A DNA stretch of 64,000 nucleotides from a bacterium (GTDB taxonomy: Bacteria > Patescibacteriota > Dojkabacteria > SC72): the NCBI GenBank assembly GCA_022840695.1, contig JALHDC010000002.1, positions 25,753 to 89,752 of the forward strand, given 5' to 3'. This document shows positions 8,719 to 17,142 of the stretch, one piece after another (positions within the stretch are counted from its first letter, which is position 1; every line of letters starts with the position of its first letter). A program made the position numbers and the translations under genes. The notes under the pieces are model-generated. The model worked only from the letters and a program-made list of their open reading frames with translations, was not told the origin of the DNA and made no database searches.

Positions 8719-11428
8719 TTGGATACCCTCCTTGTAATACTCGCTGATTTACATCTGCAATAACATACTGTAATTCTCCATTAAAATCGGTATTAGCTTT
8801 GTTATACCCACCTTTTCTTTTGAAGGTAAGGAGGTTGTTGAAGTCTTCTTTTTCTACAACAACATTCCTAGTGAGATGATTCTTTACAAGGTTTAACCAT
8901 TGCAATTGTTGTTGAGTGTATTCATCTAATTTCATAGTACTGAAAGCATTATCTACTCTTTCTTGTGGAGATATCAACTCACCACCATATACAGCATATG
9001 ACACAAAAGAGTAGAGGTCTGCATCTGTTTCTTCTTCTATGATCTGTTCTGCGGCTTCTTGTAATCTTCTTTCTGTAAACATTTCAGGAGTATTCTTCAA
9101 TTGCTCTTTTAGTTCGTTAAAAGCTTTTCTAGTGAAGTCTTTTGGATTCTCTAGAAGTATCCTTAATGCTTGTATAGTATGCTTGTTATCGTTTATGTAT
9201 GTTTTAAACGATTCCATGTAGTCTTCAGGTTTTAGATCTCTTCCATCTGTAGTTTTGAAAAGGTACTCAGAAGTTACAATCTTTGCTTGCCTCTCTCTGG
9301 AAACGATTAACCCATCTCTATATCTTGGGTATCTTTTAACAAATGTTATCCAGTTTGCATCTCCCCATCTTTCTAATTCCTGTTCGTTCTTGCTTGATAA
9401 TCTGTCTTGTACTGAGTCTGCAAGTTTTAGTAATCCATCTTTTTCAATTCCGAACCTATCTTCAAGTTCTTGTCTTCCCTCTTCTGTAATGTTTTTATCC
9501 ATTCGTCTTAGCTTGTTTGCTAGAATCTTCGCGTTCTTATCAATATTCGTTTCATTTTCTAATTCTTCTACCACCTCCTCTATGGATTTGGTGTTTGAAG
9601 GGGCTGTAGGCTCCATTACGCCTCCTTCTTTCTGCATAAACTCTATTACCCCCACTGCGTCAAATACTGTGAAATGGGTCTTTCCTATTTCGTTACAAAG
9701 TCTTGTTCCCCTTCCTATAATCTGCTCATAAAGTATTCTTGATCTAATAGGGCGAATTAGTACTAAGTTTTCAACTTGGGGAATATCAACACCAGTTGAA
9801 AGCATATCTACTGAAACAACAATACTTGGCTTCTTTTCGTTTCTAAAATGTCTTATCCAACTATTCGCTTTATCGATTCTGTATGTGATCTTTTGAATCT
9901 CATCTGGATATTTTATCTCTTCTTGTAATAGTTTTACTAATTGATCTGCGTGATCTTCGTTTACTGCGTAGAATATGGTCTTAGGTATTCTTTCGCCCTC
10001 TTTTTTAATGTAGGAGAGCACTTCTTGTACAATTTTTCTGTTTCTATCTTCAACTGTAACTTTTCTTTCTAATGAAGCCGTTTGAATGTTCAATTCATCT
10101 TCTAGGAAGGTACTAAATCTGTATGTACCACCTCTGTCTCTAACTTCTACCGCTTCTCCCTTTTGAAGTTCAATCTCTTTTGCCATATCTATGTCAGTTT
10201 GTATCCTTACAGCGTCAAAGTCTACTAAGTATCCTTCGTGTACTGCTTTTTCGTATGGGTAGTAGTAGATGTCTTTTTCGGTATGACAATCAAAATATGC
10301 TGCAGTATGAGCGGCTGGTGTTGCCGTTAATCCAATTTGATAACTATCGAAATAGTCGAGAACGTATTTCCACTTGTTGTAAATTGATCGATGGCATTCA
10401 TCTGAAATGATTAAGTCGAAGCTATCAATTGGGAAATCTGGATTATATTTGATTTCTGAATCCCCTAACTCTTCCCAGTTCTCATCTTCAATGTCTGTAT
10501 AACTTACTTTTTTTCCTGTTAATGTTGCATATAGTCCCTGTATCGTTGACACATAGACAAATGAGTTTACATTCTGTCGATTCTTCAAATTCTTGAGTTG
10601 TAATTGTTCTGCTCCTAGATCTTTTGGATCTTCGTCTCCTTTAAACAATCTATCAAAATATACTGGATATACAGTGTTAAATTTCTGGCCTGTTACTGGC
10701 TCAAACGTTGAGAATGCTGAGATTGCCTGAGAAGCAAGTGATCTTCTATCAACTAGAAACAGGATTCTTTTGAAATATCCTGTTCTCATTAAGTGATAGA
10801 TCAATGCTGAAGCCATAAAGGTTTTGCCTGTACCTGTTGCCATAGCTACGAGTCCTTTTCTTTTGCCTTCAAGTATTCGTTTAACTGCATACTCGACTGC
10901 TTCCTTTTGGTATTTTCTTAATCCCTTTTGTCCGTACTTCTCTATAACTTGTTCTGTTTCAAGTTCTCTTAGTGCCTCGTTTTTTGAATCTGAGAGCAAT
11001 TCGTTTAATGCTTCTGGTGTATGAAATCCTTTTACTCGTCTTGGTATCGAATTATTGATATGCAATTCTTGGAATGTTATTTCATTTCCGTCTGTACTGT
11101 ATATGAATGGTACTTTGTATTCTCCGTAGAGCTTTGGAAGGTCGATATCTTGGGCGTATCTCTTAGCTTGTGCAATGACTCCTTCTGTTGAGGTGTTATC
11201 CTTCTTGGCTTCTACAATCGCAATTGCTTTGCCATTAAAAGTTAATAAGTAGTCAGCTGGTCCTGAGACTGTTCCAAATTCTACTATTGCGTCTTTACTG
11301 CTATTAGTGAGGTCTTCTTTTGTTCGAGTGACTTTCCATCCAGCGTCTTTTAGAAGTTTATCAATACTATCTTTTCTAGTATTCTTTTCACTTTTGTAAG
11401 TCTTCGTAAATCTGAATGGTAGTTCCAT
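8708..11428 (-). CDS. hsdR: type I R-M restriction/translocase subunit
   Basis: ADY...VEAKK nuclease motif, MATGTGKT, DECHRS, QIIGRGTR. Confidence 0.96.
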   Translation of the reverse strand: MELPFRFTKTYKSEKNTRKDSIDKLLKDAGWKVTRTKEDLTNSSKDAIVEFGTVSGPADYLLTFNGKAIAIVEAKKDNTSTEGVIAQAKRYAQDIDLPKLYGEYKVPFIYSTDGNEITFQELHINNSIPRRVKGFHTPEALNELLSDSKNEALRELETEQVIEKYGQKGLRKYQKEAVEYAVKRILEGKRKGLVAMATGTGKTFMASALIYHLMRTGYFKRILFLVDRRSLASQAISAFSTFEPVTGQKFNTVYPVYFDRLFKGDEDPKDLGAEQLQLKNLKNRQNVNSFVYVSTIQGLYATLTGKKVSYTDIEDENWEELGDSEIKYNPDFPIDSFDLIISDECHRSIYNKWKYVLDYFDSYQIGLTATPAAHTAAYFDCHTEKDIYYYPYEKAVHEGYLVDFDAVRIQTDIDMAKEIELQKGEAVEVRDRGGTYRFSTFLEDELNIQTASLERKVTVEDRNRKIVQEVLSYIKKEGERIPKTIFYAVNEDHADQLVKLLQEEIKYPDEIQKITYRIDKANSWIRHFRNEKKPSIVVSVDMLSTGVDIPQVENLVLIRPIRSRILYEQIIGRGTRLCNEIGKTHFTVFDAVGVIEFMQKEGGVMEPTAPSNTKSIEEVVEELENETNIDKNAKILANKLRRMDKNITEEGRQELEDRFGIEKDGLLKLADSVQDRLSSKNEQELERWGDANWITFVKRYPRYRDGLIVSRERQAKIVTSEYLFKTTDGRDLKPEDYMESFKTYINDNKHTIQALRILLENPKDFTRKAFNELKEQLKNTPEMFTERRLQEAAEQIIEEETDADLYSFVSYAVYGGELISPQERVDNAFSTMKLDEYTQQQLQWLNLVKNHLTRNVVVEKEDFNNLLTFKRKGGYNKANTDFNGELQYVIADVNQRVLQGGYPNEN

Positions 11429-11449
11429 AATGTCTTATTATATCGCAGA

Positions 11450-13747
11450 TTATTGTGTCTGAATAGCCATTTCTGATAGCTTTTGCTCTATTCTGTTCCA
11501 GTCTAAAATTAAATCTAAACTCTGATTCCACCAGTCACTAAATGGCAATTGTGAATCAGTCTTTTTTATTTCACTATATTGTCCAACTCGAAGTGTATCA
11601 GTCGATGGAATATTGTATGTACCTGATTCAGTAATCAACCATCTGTCGTGCAAGGAATTCTTTAATTCTGAATCTAAAATGACACGCATTTCTGCGTTTA
11701 TACCTCTGTAGTTGAGCTCTTCTTTTAAGGTTTTGAACTTTTCTCGAATCTTATGGTCTACTTTATTTATCGAAGTTATAATTTTTACAGAGGAGATTTT
11801 TGAATCTGAGCTTTCTGATATGCTTTCGGATATTAAATCCAAGCCTACGACTGAAAAGTATTTGTCTACCCATTTGATTTCGCCATATTGAGCTTTGATT
11901 ATATCCTTGAGATGTTTTGTATTCGTGTATGGACTTTGTGGTGTTATTAGGATCGTTTCCTTTTGAGCTCCTTCAAAAATGCTTCTTAATTCATTAATGA
12001 TTGTCTTCTTTCTCTCTTGAATGAAGTCATTAAAGTCTTCAGATCCGAAATTTTCTCTCGTCAGTATTTCAATAGCCTTTCTAGAAAGAAGATGTGTTTG
12101 CATTAGATCGTAGAATTGCTCGTCATTTCCGATATTTCTCTTTATCTCGTTGAGGTAATCGCTTGGAAGTCTGTCGCTAATCTTCTTGTTTGTATCATTT
12201 GAAATAGGAGCTTTGTTTAATATCGTATTTATGTCTTTTATTCCGTTTTTCTTACCCCAAGATGCTGGAACAATGTGGTGATCTTCTAATACTGAATACT
12301 CTGGTAGATTGTTTGTATAGAAATCTCTTGCTTCGTTTCTAGCAAACAAACTGAATATTGCATTATATATAGCAGTATTCTGCCTATTCTCTCTAACCAA
12401 ATCTAGATTCTCAATAGTATTAACGGCTCTTTGAACCACATTTGGTGTTATTGAATCGTCTTCTATCCATTTTTTGAGGTCTAAGTAGTCTTTTGTCATT
12501 GTTGATTCAACACTGCTCGAATAACTGTTGGATAGTACAGAAGCCCAATACCATTGTGTAATCTTCTTATCAAAAGCTTGCTGTTTTGTTGAATCGAGTG
12601 ACTCTTTTTCTTTCAGTAGAACAGCGAGAATTGGGGTCATAGTTGGATATGGAATAAACTTTGGTTGAAGTGATCCAAAATCCCTAGGATTCTCGATTTT
12701 TGCTAAAGCCTTTTGAGTATATTGTAAGGCCTCACCCCAGTATTGTGTGAATTCTTCCGGGCTTGTCATAATAACACGTTTCTCTTTTGAACCATCTTCT
12801 TTTCTAATTGTTCTTTGCGTATTAGGCACCAAGTAGTAAAGGTATCTAGGTGAGCAATATCCTTGTAGTCTGATCGACATATACTGAAGAAGGTATATGT
12901 TCATCTTTTCTAATTCCTTGTGGTTATAATTTTCAGAAGCAATTCTCCAGTTTTTCTTAAGCTCAATAGCGTGAGGCTTCAATAACGCGTTGAGAAGATC
13001 GAAGATCGTAAGTTTCAACCCAGATGAGTTGATTTTTGTAAATATATCGCACACCTTTGCGACATCGATGTCCTTTGAAAGCTCTATGTAGCTAATATCG
13101 TAACTATTAAGTAATGATTGGAAGAACTTCTCTAGCTTCTGAACTTTCTCTTCTTTTTCGGTATACCCTTGTTTCTCTAACCAATTTCCATACTGTACAA
13201 CCCACTTATACCATTCAAAGCCTTGACCAAGAAGATAAAGTGGGAATAGTCCTTCTTCGAATTGCTTTTCTAATGGTCCTACAAATTCTTCAGCAGTTCT
13301 TTGTCTTGAAGTATTGTCATTTCTGTACTCAATTGATTCGTCCCAATCGTCTTCTAAAATACTGTTTAGTTTAACAAAGAAATAGAAACGAGTTTTTCTT
13401 TTTGGAAATGGCTCTGTAGGTGGGAAAAATGCATAATGTAGAGCACTAAGTCTCTGTTGTCCGTCTAAAACAATGTGTTGGGCTGTATATTTTAGTTTCT
13501 CTTTATTGATCTTGTTAAATCCGTATATAGACTCACAATTCAGTTTATCGAAGTTTTCTGGGGTTGATCTCCAGAGAAGTAGTGTACCAATGTAATAATC
13601 TGCGAATATTGATTGCAACAATGCTTGTATATCCCAAGGTCCCCATTCAAATTCTCTTTGAAAGTCTGGAATTACATAGAATCCAGAATCTATTGCAGTT
13701 AGTATTTTGCTAAGATTGTCTTTTGACGGAGTCTCTAGGTCTCGCAT
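11450..13747 (-). CDS. GmrSD-like (DUF262 + HNH/DUF1524) protein with extra C-terminal PLD-like domain
   Basis: IPDFQREFEW, LDGQQRL, FTKINSSG; EDHHIVP...N...N; C-terminal VDKYF and LHDRWLI. Confidence 0.8.
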   Translation of the reverse strand: MRDLETPSKDNLSKILTAIDSGFYVIPDFQREFEWGPWDIQALLQSIFADYYIGTLLLWRSTPENFDKLNCESIYGFNKINKEKLKYTAQHIVLDGQQRLSALHYAFFPPTEPFPKRKTRFYFFVKLNSILEDDWDESIEYRNDNTSRQRTAEEFVGPLEKQFEEGLFPLYLLGQGFEWYKWVVQYGNWLEKQGYTEKEEKVQKLEKFFQSLLNSYDISYIELSKDIDVAKVCDIFTKINSSGLKLTIFDLLNALLKPHAIELKKNWRIASENYNHKELEKMNIYLLQYMSIRLQGYCSPRYLYYLVPNTQRTIRKEDGSKEKRVIMTSPEEFTQYWGEALQYTQKALAKIENPRDFGSLQPKFIPYPTMTPILAVLLKEKESLDSTKQQAFDKKITQWYWASVLSNSYSSSVESTMTKDYLDLKKWIEDDSITPNVVQRAVNTIENLDLVRENRQNTAIYNAIFSLFARNEARDFYTNNLPEYSVLEDHHIVPASWGKKNGIKDINTILNKAPISNDTNKKISDRLPSDYLNEIKRNIGNDEQFYDLMQTHLLSRKAIEILTRENFGSEDFNDFIQERKKTIINELRSIFEGAQKETILITPQSPYTNTKHLKDIIKAQYGEIKWVDKYFSVVGLDLISESISESSDSKISSVKIITSINKVDHKIREKFKTLKEELNYRGINAEMRVILDSELKNSLHDRWLITESGTYNIPSTDTLRVGQYSEIKKTDSQLPFSDWWNQSLDLILDWNRIEQKLSEMAIQTQ

Positions 13748-13886
13748 TGTAATTCCTCGCTAAAATTACTTTTATAAGGATATCAGAAAAGGCTGTATTT
13801 GAACAGAAATACAACTGTGTATTCATCGTACTAGCACTCTCTCTCAGAGTTTGCTAAAATAATTAATAACTTTTCAATTTAGCTTT

Positions 13887-14201
13887 ATGTCTAAAACACA
13901 ATCACACATAAGAGCCCAGTCTAAGGCTGCAGGTAAAGAGGGAAAACAGGAAGTCTCCTTATCTCGAAATAGACGACTAGATGCGGTTACAAAGTCTGGG
14001 TCTCGAGCAACAGAGATTGAAAGAAGTGGAAATCCAAAACTTCTTGAGAAAGCGGCTCAGAGATTAGGAGATAGACGTTCAAGTCAGAAGGTCTTGCAAG
14101 TTCCTCAGTCAGATATGGGATTAGCTACTGCCGCAATGCGAAAAAAGGAAGTCCACGGAACAGTTAAAAATATGTCAGGCACAAAGAGGAGATCTGTATA
14201 A
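13887..14201 (+). CDS. small basic hypothetical protein, possible minimal PD-(D/E)xK fold
   Basis: 104 aa; E...RRLDA...ATEIERSG; TGCTAAAAT upstream. Confidence 0.7.
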   Translation: MSKTQSHIRAQSKAAGKEGKQEVSLSRNRRLDAVTKSGSRATEIERSGNPKLLEKAAQRLGDRRSSQKVLQVPQSDMGLATAAMRKKEVHGTVKNMSGTKRRSV

Positions 14202-14364
14202 AGTTGGAGTCCTCGCTTCCTTCTAAGTTTTAGAGCTTATAATCGAGCTTTATATAAGGCTTAGTCTTACTTTCAGCAATGATCAAATCCATCTCTTCCT
14301 GAACCTTTTTAACTTGTTGGAATAGCGGTATTAGTACCTCTTCGACAAATTGGAGAAGTTTGAA

Positions 14365-14378
14365 ATCTTCCACCCCAT
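14365..14378 (+). repeat. attR: duplicate of the tRNA-His 3' end
   Basis: Exact 14-bp match to 3472-3485. Confidence 0.85.
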
Positions 14379-14409
14379 TTCTCCCTACTTTTTTCTGTTA
14401 TAATAAAAA

Positions 14410-15016
14410 ATGGAATTAAAAGGTAATATCTTCTGGTATATATATATTCCTTCTACTATTACAATTCATACTCTTAATATTTGCATTAAATCAGAAATAT
14501 GATTTTTTCAATATTAAAATTATAAAAATATCTGACTATGTTATCTCATATATACCAAGAATATTAATAGTAACTATATTACAATTCTTTCTAGTATATA
14601 TATTCCTAACAAAGGGATACTATACCGATTCTACATTATCCTTAGTAATTACATTATTCTCTACTTTGATACTCTTAGATACAATAGGGAATATTTTTAA
14701 TCTATATAACATAGGAGAGATAGTAGGGAAGTTACACTATGATAATATAATGCACTCTATTGGACCCCTCATTATCTTCATATCCTCACATATGCTTTTA
14801 GTTAATAGATTTAGTTATACTAATGACAAATCAAGATTAATATCCTTAGTAGTTGCACTCTCACTTATACTACTCTGGGAACTTTATGAATATAGTAGTG
14901 ATCTAATATTTCATACTAAAATGGTTTTAGGATCTAAAGATACCATTAGAGACCTAATATACGGTACAGGAGCAATAATAATTGGATTTCTAATGACATA
15001 TCTACCAGTAATCTAA
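14410..15016 (+). pseudogene. frameshifted multi-pass membrane protein (VanZ/DUF2238-like C-terminus)
   Basis: TGTTATAAT then ATG 14410; the long hydrophobic frame 14420-15016 is +1 relative to this ATG; YDNIMH and LWELYEY motifs. Confidence 0.6.
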
Positions 15017-15064
15017 TATTTTCCATTGACCTTCCATATCCCCATATATATACTAAATTTAGTA

Positions 15065-16147
15065 ATGAAATATACATATTTAGAATATATATCAAAAAAT
15101 ATTAAATCCCTAATACATAACAAATATATTCTTAAAATACTTGTAACTCTCCTTCTCACTCTCTGTGTATTTGAAACACCACTTCTTCTTAGCTATATAA
15201 AAACCAAAGATCAAACCTCTGAACAAAAGATTGTTGAAACAAATAAAGATGAGAAATTAGATGAGGACATATCAGTACCTGAAGATGTAGAACAACAGGA
15301 AGAGGAAGTACCAGAAAAGATAGAGGAAAAAGCGAATACTACACCAAGCTATCCATCTAAACAAACCAATACAGAAATAGAGAAAGAAGAAATACCTACT
15401 GAGACTCCAATTGAACAACCTCCACAAGAACAACCAGTTGAAGAACCACCAATACCTGAATCCCCAAGTGCAGTTGTTGCATTCTATGCTGACACACAAT
15501 CAGATACTGATCAAGAAGATTTAAATCATCAAAGAGTGGTTAATTACATATTAAGTTCTGGAGGTAATCCTGTATTTCATGCAGGAGATGTTATGGAAGA
15601 TGGTACACAGGCTAGTTTAGACAGATTTAATACCGTTACCTCTACATTAAGATCTACAAGAACCTTCTATGCGGCATTAGGGAATAATGATAGGGCAGTG
15701 GGAGATTCTAGTACACCTTCACAACTATTTTTAGATAATTTTGTATTTCCAAATAATGAAAGATGGTACTCTGTAAACTATGGTAATCTACATTTGGTTG
15801 TATTAGATAGCGCTTTTGGATCTGGTAATGTTACACAATTAAATTGGCTAACTAATGACCTTCAGAGTAGTAATTCACAGAATAGAATAACAGGAGTTAT
15901 GTATCATCATCCTACATTTGCAAGTTCAATATCTTCATATTTAATTAATTATGGAGTAGATTTTGTAGTAGCAGGACATATACATTCGTATGGTCATTCT
16001 ATAAGTAATGGTATTAACTACTTTACACTCAGTGGTCAACCTTCCATAGGATACATGGTAGCTAGAATATACTCGGACAAAGTATCCATTACTGTATACA
16101 ATAGTAGCAATGCTGTAATAGATAGTATTGAGTTCAATGAGAGGTAG
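15065..16147 (+). CDS. membrane-anchored metallophosphoesterase with Pro/Glu-rich linker
   Basis: YADTQ, HAGDV, LGNND, HHP, AGHIH motifs. Confidence 0.85.
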   Translation: MKYTYLEYISKNIKSLIHNKYILKILVTLLLTLCVFETPLLLSYIKTKDQTSEQKIVETNKDEKLDEDISVPEDVEQQEEEVPEKIEEKANTTPSYPSKQTNTEIEKEEIPTETPIEQPPQEQPVEEPPIPESPSAVVAFYADTQSDTDQEDLNHQRVVNYILSSGGNPVFHAGDVMEDGTQASLDRFNTVTSTLRSTRTFYAALGNNDRAVGDSSTPSQLFLDNFVFPNNERWYSVNYGNLHLVVLDSAFGSGNVTQLNWLTNDLQSSNSQNRITGVMYHHPTFASSISSYLINYGVDFVVAGHIHSYGHSISNGINYFTLSGQPSIGYMVARIYSDKVSITVYNSSNAVIDSIEFNER

Positions 16148-16153
16148 TATTAA

Positions 16154-16921
16154 CTACGGTCTCAATGTTCCTCCAAATACCTGCCATGCTAACAATGTCT
16201 TAGCTACAAGACTTAATACAATATATGCTTTTTCTCCATATAGATAATCCTTCCACTTCCCAACCTTCTTGTATTGTAAAAACATATTAATTGCAAAACT
16301 ATTAAAGAATAGGAATATACTTACATATATCCAATACACAAAATTAGGGATATCACCTCCACCAACCTCTGTTATGGAATAAACATATATACCAAACACT
16401 ACCCAAGGAACAATACCAGCTATACAACCTAATACAAAGGTTAACCAATTAACCTTCTCCTTCCCAGTATTATGTACCTCCATAGCCAAACCAGTTAAAT
16501 TCATTAATGCATCTAATGCAAAAATCATAACCAAACTAGCTAAATCATATATACCTGTTAAAAAACTAATTGCTAACATCATTACACTTGCACTAAAAGC
16601 ATACTCAAACCATCTAACTCTATTTATACCAACCTTTAGATCCTCCTCATACTTCCTTCTATACACAGTTGATATGAATAGGTGAGCAAAAGCACTCATA
16701 AAGAAGAATGTAGCAACAAACCATGCTATATTAACCTCTGTAATCTGCTCTGTCATAGGAAGAAGCTTCTGTAACTCCAAATCATATTTTAAATAGTTTA
16801 CCGTTATTGGAACAATTCCTTTTTCTGGATCACTAAGAAGAAGGACAACAATACCCTGAACAAGGTGAAAGAGTCCCATTACAAGATTGAAGATTCTTAA
16901 ATTCTTTAATTTCTTCTCCAT
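16154..16921 (-). CDS. heliorhodopsin
   Basis: FNLVMGLFHLVQG, RWFEYAFSAS (counterion Glu), LSLVAKTLLAWQVF (retinal Lys); seven hydrophobic helices. Confidence 0.95.
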   Translation of the reverse strand: MEKKLKNLRIFNLVMGLFHLVQGIVVLLLSDPEKGIVPITVNYLKYDLELQKLLPMTEQITEVNIAWFVATFFFMSAFAHLFISTVYRRKYEEDLKVGINRVRWFEYAFSASVMMLAISFLTGIYDLASLVMIFALDALMNLTGLAMEVHNTGKEKVNWLTFVLGCIAGIVPWVVFGIYVYSITEVGGGDIPNFVYWIYVSIFLFFNSFAINMFLQYKKVGKWKDYLYGEKAYIVLSLVAKTLLAWQVFGGTLRP

Positions 16922-17001
16922 ATATACTTAACTAAAATTATATACATACAGTATATGGCATTCTAACTGAAAAACAAAATATCTGGTATAATCAAACTAC
17001 A

Positions 17002-17040
17002 ATGAAAAACATTAGATATACATACATACATCATATATAG
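17002..17040 (+). CDS. putative His leader peptide MKNIRYTYIHHI
   Basis: TGGTATAAT at 16984-16992; 12-aa ORF with tandem CAT CAT; upstream of hisS. Confidence 0.65.
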   Translation: MKNIRYTYIHHI

Positions 17041-17081
17041 CACCTTTGGTGTATATTTTGTCGTATATATATCAAAGGAAT

Positions 17082-17111
17082 ACAAAAGAACCAAACGGTT
17101 CTTTTTTTTGT
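17082..17111 (+). terminator. intrinsic terminator in the hisS leader (attenuator)
   Basis: AAAAGAACC-AAAC-GGTTCTTTTTTTT, ~30 nt before the hisS ATG. Confidence 0.8.
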
Positions 17112-17142
17112 TAATATGTAATATAACTTAAGATATAGAGAT

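Larger units (their letters stand above)
3472..14378. mobile_element. tRNA-His-integrated defence island, no integrase visible
   Basis: Direct repeat ATCTTCCACCCCAT at 3472-3485 and 14365-14378 bracketing R-M/defence genes. Confidence 0.85.

Noticed and set aside
17041-17111. T-box riboswitch upstream of hisS
   Set aside because: No UGGNACC T-box bulge or Stem I motifs, and the leader is too short.
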